Assembly: GCA_020721325.1 (NCBI GenBank)
Contig: DYNA01000007.1
Coordinates: forward strand, 1-51,869
Direction: 5' to 3'
DNA from: Paludibacter propionicigenes
Lineage (GTDB): Bacteria; Bacteroidota; Bacteroidia; Bacteroidales; JAIFNL01
Length of the DNA: 51,869 nt
The stretch's first letter is position 1; each line of letters opens with the position of its first letter. This document shows, one piece after another, positions 30,531 to 40,891 of the stretch. The position numbers were made by a program, and so were the translations under genes. Under the pieces are notes generated by a model. That model was given only the letters and a program-made list of their open reading frames with translations. It was not told where the DNA came from and ran no database searches.

Positions 30531-32615
30531 TTAAAATTTCACGGCAAAATTAGCACCAAATTGTAAAGGTTTATTCCTTTGAGTATAAATTTTGTTCAAA
30601 GCTTCAAACATAAACGCATTATAATCAGAGTTTAACAAATTTTTACCCCAAAAGTCGAGCTGAAAATTTTGTTTTAAAAATGAAATTTTTGCATTTAATA
30701 AAGAATAAGGTTCTTCTTTTAATTTATTATTCAAATCCCAATACAATTCGCCATTTCGATTATAAACGGCACTTATTTTTATTTTATCTATCCATTTCAG
30801 AGGTAGCTTTATTGTTTGTAAAGCCTGAAAAGCAAAGGTATAGCGAGGAATATAAGGTGTAAACTGATGATTATAATTTATAGTTTCATCTTTTACATAT
30901 TCCACAATTTTAGAATAAGTATATCCGTAAGCTATCATAATTTCAAAACCTTTTATCGCTTTGTTTTGCAAAGAAAATTCAAATCCTTTGTTTTCTGAAA
31001 CACCTGCATTATCAAGGTATGAGCCTCTACCGCTGGGTGCTGTTCTATAAATTTGTTGATTTTTTAATTGTGTATAGAAAATAGCAAAATCAGCAAAAAT
31101 TTTGTTATCAAGAAAAGAAGTTTTTCCGCCAAATTCATAATTGTAACTGGTTTCATTTTTAAATGTTAAATGTTCGGGGCGTTCAAAAGTAGTATTAAAA
31201 CCTCCGGCTTTATAACCCGTTGCATACGAAATGAATAGCGAAAACACTTCAAACTCATAGTTTAAAGCTATTTTGGGTAAAAAAATCTCATCTTTAGTGC
31301 TTGGATAGAGCGTATCAATAATTGGTAAAGCTATATTATTTTTTAACGATTCGTAACGGTAGTGCATTTCAGAAGTTTCATAATCGTACCTTAATCCAGC
31401 AGTTAATGAAAGTTTTTTGGTAATTTTAAAATTTGATTGATGGAAAAAAGCTAAACCTTTAACAACGGTATTGTATGATTTCAAATACCATAAAACTTGT
31501 GGATAATAATCGACCCCAACACCCGATTCTGAGGTTTGAACAAATGCAAATCCTCCGACAAGCCAATTGTAACGTTTATTATTTTTTGACCTTAAAATCA
31601 GTTCATTAGCAAACATTTTTTGTATTTGATTTTGTTCTACAAAATATTGTTTTACTTCTGTAAAATCTTGGTCAATTTTCTGAACATCGTCTATGTATTG
31701 AAAAGAAAAAGTATTTGAAAGTTCAAGTTTTTGATTGGAATACTTTGAATTTAAAGCATTTGACAGCATTAAGCGGTCATAAGAACTATATTGGTTGTAA
31801 TTAACAGGCGAAGCAATTTTTAGAGTTGAATCGTAAATTGAATATGGATAACCTCCTTGTTGGCTTTTTTCGAAAGAAAAAATATTTTCAAAATAAAATT
31901 TATCGGTAATTTTATATGCCAAACGATTTCTAAATCCATACGAATTTAGCTTATCAACTTTATTATTTGTATATAAATTGGTATAGAACCCGTCTGAATG
32001 TTGATAATTTGCCGAAATTGAAATGCCTAATTTATTGGAAATCAAACTGTAATGGCTTGCATGGAACTTATAATTTCCATAATTAGCGGCTGTTAAATTA
32101 ATATTTGTACCTTGATAATTTAAAGGCGAACGAGTGATAACATTAATAATTCCTCCCATACTGTTGCGCCCAAAAAGTGTTCCTTGCGGACCTCTCAAAA
32201 TCTCAATTCTTTCTATATCGAAAAAGTCAAATTCAAAAGCCGATTTTTCAAAATATGGAACAAAATCGACATACAAACCTACTGAAGGCGAATTGATTCT
32301 TGAGCCAATCCCGCGAATATAAACGGGCGAAGTCAGTTTTGAGCCATAATCGGGCATTACAAAATTGGGCGATAAAGCACTGAGTTGATTCAATGAGCTG
32401 GCTTGTGTTTGTTCAATTAATTTTATCGGCATAACTGTAACAGATACAGGAAGTTCGCGCAATTTACTTTCATTTTTCGAAGCATTGATAATAATTTCGT
32501 TTAGCTCTATTTTTTTTAAAAGCGAAGTATCTTCTTGTACAATATAACTTGCTTGTGCTGAAATAATTAAATTAAATAAAGAAAAAAATAATATTAAAAT
32601 ATATTGAATTTTCAT
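30531..32615 (-). CDS. TonB-dependent receptor (siderophore/FyuA-like)
   Basis: Plug motifs YIRGIGS and IERIEILRGPQGTLFGRNSMGGIINV; C-terminal Phe. Confidence 0.92.
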   Translation of the reverse strand: MKIQYILILFFSLFNLIISAQASYIVQEDTSLLKKIELNEIIINASKNESKLRELPVSVTVMPIKLIEQTQASSLNQLSALSPNFVMPDYGSKLTSPVYIRGIGSRINSPSVGLYVDFVPYFEKSAFEFDFFDIERIEILRGPQGTLFGRNSMGGIINVITRSPLNYQGTNINLTAANYGNYKFHASHYSLISNKLGISISANYQHSDGFYTNLYTNNKVDKLNSYGFRNRLAYKITDKFYFENIFSFEKSQQGGYPYSIYDSTLKIASPVNYNQYSSYDRLMLSNALNSKYSNQKLELSNTFSFQYIDDVQKIDQDFTEVKQYFVEQNQIQKMFANELILRSKNNKRYNWLVGGFAFVQTSESGVGVDYYPQVLWYLKSYNTVVKGLAFFHQSNFKITKKLSLTAGLRYDYETSEMHYRYESLKNNIALPIIDTLYPSTKDEIFLPKIALNYEFEVFSLFISYATGYKAGGFNTTFERPEHLTFKNETSYNYEFGGKTSFLDNKIFADFAIFYTQLKNQQIYRTAPSGRGSYLDNAGVSENKGFEFSLQNKAIKGFEIMIAYGYTYSKIVEYVKDETINYNHQFTPYIPRYTFAFQALQTIKLPLKWIDKIKISAVYNRNGELYWDLNNKLKEEPYSLLNAKISFLKQNFQLDFWGKNLLNSDYNAFMFEALNKIYTQRNKPLQFGANFAVKF

Positions 32616-33046
32616 AAAATATTATGTTTTTGATTGTTTTTTTGAGTTTTAATCTAAAAATAAACCCTATTTTTTTTCAAATAAATTACTAATTATTTAT
32701 AATTTTTAAAATAAGGTTATGTAATTTATTTATACCTTTTTATGTTTTTTTTGAATTTTTTTTGTTAAAAAAGAACATCTTAAAACTTTAAACGAGCATG
32801 TATGTTATCCAGGAATTGCCTAAATATTTAAAGTTTTTTCTTAATTGAGCTAAAAATCCGAAAGATATTGTATCTATTTGTTAATAAACGGATTTATTGC
32901 GATAAATTCACATTTAACAAACATGATACACGAATATCCGTTTGCTAAAGGCATATTTTCGGATTTAAACATATTAAAAAAAAACAAATTACTTTAAAAA
33001 AGCAACTTCAAATTTTTTTAAATTCAACCGAAAAAGACAAATTTTT

Positions 33047-33379
33047 TTAATGAAAACGGAAAAAAGGAGGAGGATTGGGAAAAACCGAAAAACAACAGTG
33101 CTTGGTAATTTTAAAATCATATACATCTCTAAACCAATGGTTTTCGTAGTTTATGAAATATTCTTTTAAAACATTTTTTTGCAATTGAATTGCCGAAACT
33201 TGATGATTTACATCAATAGTTGTAAGTGTAATATTCCGATTTTCAGTAGATTGAACAACCTCAATACGCTCTCTCGCTTGCTCAATATTTTTAGACGAAA
33301 AATACAGCAGCGAAAAAGAATATATAAGCCCTAAAAGTAAATAAGGCATGTGAGTCGCAAAAAAGCCGAAATAAAACAT
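33047..33379 (-). CDS. Small membrane protein with C-terminal HCC...PNPPP motif
   Basis: N-terminal hydrophobic helix; co-oriented and upstream of the TBDR operon. Confidence 0.55.
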   Translation of the reverse strand: MFYFGFFATHMPYLLLGLIYSFSLLYFSSKNIEQARERIEVVQSTENRNITLTTIDVNHQVSAIQLQKNVLKEYFINYENHWFRDVYDFKITKHCCFSVFPNPPPFFRFH

Positions 33380-33630
33380 TAATAAATTTTTATTGCAAAA
33401 GTAGAAAACAAACTTTGAAAAGCAAATTTATTTTAAAAACTTTTTTTAATTTGTCATTATTTTTTTTGATAAGTAATTGAAATATAATTATTTACAAAAC
33501 AAACAAGGAAGTTACATAAATTTTTGTAAATCATTCGTTTTCAAATTCAAATGCGAACAATTTTTAAGTGCAAACTTAATATAAATTTTTGAAATTTACA
33601 TCATTAAATAGTTCTATTGCAATTATTTAT

Positions 33631-34005
33631 TTAAAAAAAGTCATTTAATACTTTTTCTATTCGTTCAAGCGTATAGGGTTTCGACAAAATTGTAGAAAAT
33701 CCACTTTCGGTAAAATTTTTATCGAAATCATTGAGATTGTGAGCAGTAATAGCAATAATAGGAATATCAGAAATTGGCTTAGGCATTTTAGAGCGAATGT
33801 AACGAGCGGTTTCAAAACCGTTCATAACAGGCATTTCTATGTCTAAAAACACTATATCAAATTTTTTAATTTGCATTAAATCAACAGCTTCTTTCCCATT
33901 TGAAGCTTCGCTATACTGCGCACCCAAATTTTCAATAATTTCTACTAAAAGCATTCGATTGATGAAAATATCATCAACTATAAGAATATCAAGATTTTGA
34001 AACAT
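33631..34005 (-). CDS. Single-domain response regulator
   Basis: IVDD, FLDIEMPVMNG, ITA, KP. Confidence 0.9.
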   Translation of the reverse strand: MFQNLDILIVDDIFINRMLLVEIIENLGAQYSEASNGKEAVDLMQIKKFDIVFLDIEMPVMNGFETARYIRSKMPKPISDIPIIAITAHNLNDFDKNFTESGFSTILSKPYTLERIEKVLNDFF

Positions 34006-34017
34006 ATAATTTTTACA

Positions 34018-34692
34018 TTAACCTATTTTAAAAAGTCGCTCCATCATTTCCCTATCGTTAATTTCTATTTCTTTTCCATTTACATCAATGATTTTATCGC
34101 TTTTAAATTCATTGATTAATTTCATCGTGCTATCGAGCGAAATAGCCGAAAGTTCGGAAAGTTCTTTTCGCGAAATAATTTGAAAAATATTTTTATCTTT
34201 AAATTTATCGGAATTCAGATACAATAAACTCCCGGCAAAACGTCCGTGTATCTGTTTATTTCCTACAATATTTATTTTTTCGTAAAGAAATTGATTTTGA
34301 AACTGCTGTTGAGTATAACAAAATTTAAGAAATAAACGATTGGTTTCTAAAACTTCATATACAACACTTGTTTCTATATAGCTTGTTTCCACATTGTTAA
34401 GGGCTATGGCAGAATACACGGTTTTGCTTTCGGAAAAAAGCGAGGGTAAGCCCAAAATTTCATTTTCGCTGACTATGTCGAGTATTAAACTTCGCTCTTT
34501 GTAACCTTCTAAAACCAATTTTACTAAACCCGAATGGATAAAAAAAAGTTGCAAGGCAAGCACACCTTGTTTAAGCATACTTTCGCCTTTTTTATATTCT
34601 ATATAATGCAAATTATCAATAAATAGTTTGCGCTCATCGTTTGAAAAATTGCAAACTTTCATTATATTTTCAATAAACTGAGGTACAGCCAT
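34018..34692 (-). CDS. Crp/Fnr family transcriptional regulator
   Basis: cNMP-binding fold (KKGESMLKQG, FFIHSGLVKL) plus C-terminal HTH (SRKELSELSAIS). Confidence 0.88.
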   Translation of the reverse strand: MAVPQFIENIMKVCNFSNDERKLFIDNLHYIEYKKGESMLKQGVLALQLFFIHSGLVKLVLEGYKERSLILDIVSENEILGLPSLFSESKTVYSAIALNNVETSYIETSVVYEVLETNRLFLKFCYTQQQFQNQFLYEKINIVGNKQIHGRFAGSLLYLNSDKFKDKNIFQIISRKELSELSAISLDSTMKLINEFKSDKIIDVNGKEIEINDREMMERLFKIG

Positions 34693-35032
34693 TTATCCAA
34701 TTTTATATTAAAATGATAAAATATAAGTATTTAGTTATCAATGCTGTTAATTTTTTTTTTAGTTTGAGTAATTTCTTAAACCAAAAATACAAAAAAAGCC
34801 ATATTTTGATTTTTTTTCTATTTTAACAGCACAGAATCATTTGTTTTTTTTTGAATGTGTCAATTTTAATTTAAAAAAAAATAATAATACGTTTAACGAT
34901 ATTTATATAATTTATTAAATAACAACATATTATGATTAAAAGATTAATTAAATTCGAGAATACATATTAAAAAGAAAACATTTTGTCAAAGATATACATT
35001 TTTTTTATATAATTAATAAAAACAAAAAATAT

Positions 35033-35114
35033 TTTTTTTATAAAAATACAATTATTTTTTTATAAAAATACAATTATTTTTTTATAAAAATACAATTATT
35101 TTTTTATAAAAATA
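35033..35114. repeat. 22-bp tandem repeat TTTTTTTATAAAAATACAATTA x3.7
   Basis: Units at 35033, 35055 and 35077, partial at 35099. Confidence 0.85.
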
Positions 35115-35217
35115 AGTTTAAAAAAAAGCTAAATTATATATCATTTTTTTTTTTGATTTATAAAAAAATATATGTAACTTGCGCCAAAGAAAAATATAAA
35201 TTTTATAAAAGAAGATT

Positions 35218-37233
35218 ATGAATTTTAATAATATGAAATTGGGGCAAAAATTGGGAATTAGTTTTGGAATTCTTATAGCTATTTCTGCTATTTTAGGCAT
35301 CTTAGCCATTATTAATATGCAAAATGTTTCAAGTACTTCTCGAGAATTAGCCATTGAATATATACCGGAAGTCAAATTTTCGAACGAACTCGAACGAAAT
35401 TGGCTTTTTTTAATGTACAACATGCGTGGTTATGGTTTTACCGAAGAAGCTAATTTTTACAATTTAGCCAATGGATATTTGGCGCAAGTAAAAACCGAAA
35501 TGCAAAAAATAGATGATTTGCTCACAAAGTCGAATAACTTGGACAAACTCAAAGAGAGCATGGTGCCGGTAAAATCTTCGATAAATCAATATGCCGAATT
35601 GATGCAAAAAACAAGTGATTTGAATAATAAATTAGAAGATTTGCGTTCGCAAATGGATAATAATGCCAATGAATTTATTAACAATTGTAAAAATTTTGTG
35701 GAATTTCAAAATACCGAACTCACCCAAGATTTAGCTGGAAAAAACAACGTAAGTGCCAGAGAACGGGTAGCTGAATTAAATGCTATTAATAAAGTATTAG
35801 ACAAAGGAAATGAATTGAGGGTTTTAAATTTTAAATATCAAGCACTTAGAAATCTTGAAAAATACCAAGACGCAATTACTTCTTTTGATATTTCAAAAGA
35901 AATCCAATTTTTACGCGAAACAACACAGTCTTCAACCGGCATTAGTTATTTGAATGCAGTTGAAAATTCAAGTCGCAATTACGCACAAGCCATGAAAAAT
36001 TTCTTTACAGCATGGAAAGAACGTGAAAAAACTGCCGATGAACGAACCAAAACAGGTACAAGCATTTTAGACCAAGTTAAAACAATTTCATTAGCCGGTA
36101 TTGAACAAACAGAAAGTATTGCAAATAATGCAGTTAGCTTGCTTGGTTCGTCGAGTATAGTAATGATAATCGGATTGTTGATAGCTTTAGCAGTTGGAAT
36201 TTTGCTGGCTATGTACATTACAAAACTGATTACAGAACCCATTAAAAAGGGAGTTGAATTTGCGGTAGCTCTTGCCAGTGGCGATTTAATGCAAAAAATT
36301 GAGGTAGAACAAAAAGACGAAATTGGCGATTTGGCGAAAGCCTTAACAAATATGGCTGAAAAGCTTAAAGAGGTGATAACCAACATAGTAAATGGAGCAA
36401 ACAATATTGCTGCTGCCAGTTTGGAAATGAGTTCCACCTCGCAACAAATGTCGCAAGGTGTATCGGAGCAAGCCTCTTCGGCAGAAGAAGTTTCGGCATC
36501 GATGCAAGAAATGGGCGCAAACATACAGCAAAATACCGATAACGCTCAGCAAACCGAACGTATATCGCGACAAGCTTCGCAGAGCATTCAAAAAGGTAGC
36601 GAAGCCAGCAATAAATCGGTTTATGCCATGCGCGAAATAACCGAAAAAATAGCTATTATCAACGAAATAGCATTCCAAACCAATATATTAGCTCTCAATG
36701 CGGCAGTAGAAGCGGCTCGTGCCGGCGAACACGGAAAAGGTTTTGCGGTAGTGGCTGCCGAAGTACGCAAACTTGCCGAAAAAAGTGCAAAAGCTGCCAA
36801 TGAAATCGATATTGTATCAAAAGAAGGTGTTGAAATTTCAAATAATGCCGGAAAACTTCTTGCGCAAATAGTACCGGAGATAGAAAAAACAGCCAGTTTG
36901 GTGCAGGAAATTTCGGCAGCCAGTGTAGAGCAAAGTTCGGGTGCAAACCAAGTAAATACTGCCATTCTGCAATTGAATCAAGTTACTCAGCAAAACGCCG
37001 CCGCCGCCGAAGAATTGGCTTCGGGTGCCGAAGAACTTTCGAGCCAAGCCGAAATGTTAAAAGATTATGTGGCTTATTTTAAAGTTGATTTGAAGCAAGA
37101 TTACAAAACTTCAAAATATAAATACAAAACTAAAATAGCTCATTCTCAGGCATTTCAGCACAAATCGAAATCAAAGAACATACATTTGAATTTAAGTAAT
37201 AACAAATTGGACAATGAATATGAGGATTTCTAA
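35218..37233 (+). CDS. Methyl-accepting chemotaxis protein (2 TM, helical sensor, HAMP, signalling domain)
   Basis: [45 protein letters not shown]-terminal pentapeptide-like EYEDF. Confidence 0.96.
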   Translation: MNFNNMKLGQKLGISFGILIAISAILGILAIINMQNVSSTSRELAIEYIPEVKFSNELERNWLFLMYNMRGYGFTEEANFYNLANGYLAQVKTEMQKIDDLLTKSNNLDKLKESMVPVKSSINQYAELMQKTSDLNNKLEDLRSQMDNNANEFINNCKNFVEFQNTELTQDLAGKNNVSARERVAELNAINKVLDKGNELRVLNFKYQALRNLEKYQDAITSFDISKEIQFLRETTQSSTGISYLNAVENSSRNYAQAMKNFFTAWKEREKTADERTKTGTSILDQVKTISLAGIEQTESIANNAVSLLGSSSIVMIIGLLIALAVGILLAMYITKLITEPIKKGVEFAVALASGDLMQKIEVEQKDEIGDLAKALTNMAEKLKEVITNIVNGANNIAAASLEMSSTSQQMSQGVSEQASSAEEVSASMQEMGANIQQNTDNAQQTERISRQASQSIQKGSEASNKSVYAMREITEKIAIINEIAFQTNILALNAAVEAARAGEHGKGFAVVAAEVRKLAEKSAKAANEIDIVSKEGVEISNNAGKLLAQIVPEIEKTASLVQEISAASVEQSSGANQVNTAILQLNQVTQQNAAAAEELASGAEELSSQAEMLKDYVAYFKVDLKQDYKTSKYKYKTKIAHSQAFQHKSKSKNIHLNLSNNKLDNEYEDF

Positions 37234-37621
37234 ATCGAAAATAAATATTCTAATTATTGAAGATAGCGAAACAAGCGCAATGCTTATTCAATCTATCTTT
37301 CAAGAAGAAACTCAATACCAGAGCAGCATAGCCCAAAATGCTGCTAAAGCCAAAAGCATGTTGAAAAAAGAAGATTTTGATTTAATTCTTCTGGATTTGA
37401 TGATGCCCAAAGTAGATGGTTATACTTTGCTTGACGAGCTAAAACACGATGAATTGTTAAAATCAATTCCTGTGGTGATAGTCAGTGCCTTATCTACTTC
37501 CGAATCGATAAAAAGATGCAAAGAATTGGGTGCAAAAGCTTATATTTTTAAACCCATTGGGAAAAATAAACTTTTGGAAAAAATAAATCAAATTTTAAAA
37601 GAATTATACGTTTTTGAATAA
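37214..37621 (+). CDS. CheY-like single-domain response regulator
   Basis: IIED, LLDLMMP, VSA, KP; overlaps the MCP stop; may start at 37220. Confidence 0.88.
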   Translation: MNMRISKSKINILIIEDSETSAMLIQSIFQEETQYQSSIAQNAAKAKSMLKKEDFDLILLDLMMPKVDGYTLLDELKHDELLKSIPVVIVSALSTSESIKRCKELGAKAYIFKPIGKNKLLEKINQILKELYVFE

Positions 37622-37727
37622 TTTTTTTGGTAAAAAAAAATGGAAAAACTAAAAAAATAATTCAGCAAACAAACAAAATGTTAAACTCCCGAAGAGAAAA
37701 AAAAATAAGTGAAGTGGCAAGCAATGT

Positions 37728-39494
37728 ATGAATGAGCAACAGGAAAATACCAAACCTTCTATTTTTATAACAGACATCATCAATGTTTTTATAGAAATAG
37801 ATACGGAAATAGCTAAACTGCATGAATACTCGGAAAAGGATTTCAAAACCTTTAACGATGTAATGAAAAAATCGCACGAAAATGCAAATCAGATTTCTAA
37901 GTATGCAAATAATATTATAGAATTTTCGAGGATAGAATACAATAAAAATTTAATACAAAAATTAAAAGCAAAATACGAAATTTTAGGAAAAAACTGTTTT
38001 GAATTAAAAGAAAAATTAAAAACTCAAAATTTTATTTTTTCTGAATTTCACGACCGCTTGCGCTATCTGAATTTGATAATTAAAAATTTACGGCAAAACT
38101 TTTTTACTCTAAAATACATATCGGCAAATTTAAAGTTAGAAACTTACGATTTGAATCACGAACCGAATTTTAAATTTGTAATTGAAAAAATAGAAAAAGA
38201 CATCAAACAAACTACCGATTTAATTAAAAAAATAGATGTAAATTTTATTTATCTTCAAAAGCATCTCGAAGAACAAATATCGATAGAATCGGGAGGAATT
38301 TTTGAAACATTTGAGATTATTTCGACCAATTTGGAGCGATTAAAAGGTACTATTGAACTGATAGAAAAAGAATACTTGGAAAGTGAAAAATATTATCCCC
38401 GTATAAAAGACAAAATAAAAGAAGCTTCCGAAAGCATCAATAAAATAGTTATAAAGCTTCAATATCAAGACATTATACGGCAAAAAATGAATCACATGCA
38501 AGTAATTTATAAAAAAATTATCAATTACTTTAATACCATTTCTAAAAATGCCGAAGACAACGAAAACCGTGTTTTGCAATATTATTCAAAAATAGAATAC
38601 ATTGCCAGTTTGCAAGTTGCACAGCTCATTCAAACCAATCGCGAATACGAAGAAGCCATAGAAAGCATCAGCGAACAACTTTTGCAAGTAACTCTAAATG
38701 TGAATGATATATCGTATTATTTGAAAATTTTCACAAACGAAATACCTCAACAAGAAGAAGCATTTATTAATTGGACAAAAAAATATTTGGAACAAATAAA
38801 ATCAGGTATTTTAAAGATACAAAAATCAAAACTTTTATTTTCTGCCGATGTAGATAAATTGAAAAATTTATTTAATGAATTTAAAGATTTGAATTTAGAA
38901 ATTGAAAATCAATCCATTGCAACGGCTACTTATATTTTGTCAATAAAAATAGACGAGAATAAAAGTTTATCTAAGACCTTGAATTTTAGAAAATTACATG
39001 AAATCAGTCAAAATGTACTTAAAATAAGTGAAAATTTTAAAAAAGCTTTTTTAAAAATCAATCCTCAAATATGGGAAATATCGAATTTTAGCGGTTCGAT
39101 ATTCGATTTTAACCCCGAAAACTTGAATAAAATAGAGGATAAAATACAAAAAGTGGAAAATAACGAAAATGCCATGCAAGAAATTCTTAAAAAAAGCATC
39201 GAGCTAACAAAAAGAATTTCGGCACAAGTTATCGATTCCATTCAAGGTGTAAGTTATTACGATATTTTTGAAAAATCGGTAGAACGCATTATTTCAAAAT
39301 TAAATTTTTTGAATGAAAATTTAAAATTTAACAAAACCGAACTCACACAAGAGGATATTGAAAATTTAAAAGATTTTGAAAATATTTATACAATAAAAAC
39401 AGAAAAAGAAATCCATCAATTAATTATTGAAAATCAAAGCTTTGATGTAAGTCAAATCCGAAATGAAGAAGACTCTGACGTAGAATTTTTTTAA
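37728..39494 (+). CDS. Chemotaxis-associated coiled-coil protein with CheZ-like QYQDIIRQ motif
   Basis: All-helical, no TM, LQYQDIIRQKMNH, acidic-aromatic tail DSDVEFF; lies within the che cluster. Confidence 0.65.
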   Translation: MNEQQENTKPSIFITDIINVFIEIDTEIAKLHEYSEKDFKTFNDVMKKSHENANQISKYANNIIEFSRIEYNKNLIQKLKAKYEILGKNCFELKEKLKTQNFIFSEFHDRLRYLNLIIKNLRQNFFTLKYISANLKLETYDLNHEPNFKFVIEKIEKDIKQTTDLIKKIDVNFIYLQKHLEEQISIESGGIFETFEIISTNLERLKGTIELIEKEYLESEKYYPRIKDKIKEASESINKIVIKLQYQDIIRQKMNHMQVIYKKIINYFNTISKNAEDNENRVLQYYSKIEYIASLQVAQLIQTNREYEEAIESISEQLLQVTLNVNDISYYLKIFTNEIPQQEEAFINWTKKYLEQIKSGILKIQKSKLLFSADVDKLKNLFNEFKDLNLEIENQSIATATYILSIKIDENKSLSKTLNFRKLHEISQNVLKISENFKKAFLKINPQIWEISNFSGSIFDFNPENLNKIEDKIQKVENNENAMQEILKKSIELTKRISAQVIDSIQGVSYYDIFEKSVERIISKLNFLNENLKFNKTELTQEDIENLKDFENIYTIKTEKEIHQLIIENQSFDVSQIRNEEDSDVEFF

Positions 39495-39617
39495 AAAACA
39501 TTGTTTTTATAAAAAAGTTTCAATAAAAATAAATAAAAAGTACTTTTTTTTGAGTTTATTTTTGTACCTTTGTTTCAATTTGAAATACTTTAATACAATA
39601 ATAAATTTGTTAAATAT

Positions 39618-39929
39618 ATGATAGATAGCAATATAAATATCAGCAGCGAGCTTGAAAATGCGCTTGTTAAAATTACAATTAAAAAAGAATTGTCGATAAA
39701 TAATTTGGCTGAAATGAAAGAAAAATTTAAAAAAGCCATCAACGAACATCAACAAATTGATATTATTTTGAAAAAAATAGATTATATTGATTTGCCGGGT
39801 TTGCAACTTTTGGTTTCGGCACGAAAAACGGTTATTAATAAAGGAAAAAAAATAACTTTTTCTTTCGATTTTTCTAAAGAAATGCAAGATATTTTCAATA
39901 ATTCGGGTTTCAATGCTCTTTTAAATTAA
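39618..39929 (+). CDS. STAS domain protein
   Basis: IDYIDLPGLQLL, IFNNSGF; adjacent to cheY-cheA. Confidence 0.8.
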   Translation: MIDSNINISSELENALVKITIKKELSINNLAEMKEKFKKAINEHQQIDIILKKIDYIDLPGLQLLVSARKTVINKGKKITFSFDFSKEMQDIFNNSGFNALLN

Positions 39930-40409
39930 TATTTTTTGATAAGTAATAGTGCAAATATAATCAACACTTTTGTGTTTTTTATTATAATATTGATATTCAA
40001 TACTATATAATCATTCTTTAAAAAAATAAGTGTCGTTTCTTTTTGTATATGTACTTAGCTTTAAATTTTGGTAATTTTTTTATAAAAATAACTAAATTTG
40101 TTTTTTTTAAAAGTTTTTTTTAAAAGTTTTTTTTAAAATAATATAACAATAGAAATCGATTAAAATGCAACAATTTGTTATAAATATTTTTCAAAAATAA
40201 CTTAATTTTGCTCTTTTTTCAAATTTTAGTTACTATTAATTTAAGCTTTTTCAAATTAATTAATCTTAAGTTTAACAAATAATTCATTATTTGACATTAA
40301 AAAAAATAAGGCAAAAGAATTTAATTAAATTCGGAAAAAATTACCTTTTTTTTTCAAAATCAAATATTAAAGTCCATTAAAAAAAGTTTTCTTTCAAAAA
40401 AAAAAATAG

Positions 40410-40417
40410 TATCTTTG
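40410..40417 (+). promoter_or_regulatory. Bacteroidota -7 promoter box upstream of cheY
   Basis: TATCTTTG matches TAnnTTTG, 50 bp before the ATG. Confidence 0.5.
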
Positions 40418-40467
40418 AATTTCAATAAATGAAAACAGCTTTATTATAATTAATATCAAAAAAACTT

Positions 40468-40833
40468 ATGAAAAAATCAATTTTAATTGTTGATGACTCT
40501 GAGAGCATACGCGAAGTAGTAACTTTCACATTGGAAAATGCTGGTTTTGAGGTGTTTGTAGGAACTGACGGCGATGTAGCTACCAAATTTCTCGACGGAA
40601 GACAAATAGATTTGATTATTACAGATTTACACATGCCGCGCATGAACGGCATCGATTTTATAAAATATGTAAGAGCTACCGAACAGTATAAACGTACTCC
40701 CATTTTGTTTTTAACCACCGAATCGCAGGTTGCCAAAAAAATGGAAGCCAAAGAAGCCGGCGCAACGGGTTGGATAATAAAGCCTTTTGTTCCGGGAAAA
40801 TTGCTTGAGGCTTTGAGAAAAGTTCTTAGATAA
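40468..40833 (+). CDS. cheY: Chemotaxis response regulator CheY
   Basis: IVDDS, ITDLHMP, LTTES, GATGWIIKPF; immediately before cheA. Confidence 0.9.
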   Translation: MKKSILIVDDSESIREVVTFTLENAGFEVFVGTDGDVATKFLDGRQIDLIITDLHMPRMNGIDFIKYVRATEQYKRTPILFLTTESQVAKKMEAKEAGATGWIIKPFVPGKLLEALRKVLR

Positions 40834-40891
40834 ATTTTTATATCTTTTTTTTAATAAAAATGGCTTAAAATTTTTTTTATAAAATAAAAAA

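Noticed and set aside
32638..32666. Fur box upstream of the TBDR
   Set aside because: Only one half-site (AATCTAAAAATAA) resembles the consensus, in very AT-rich DNA.
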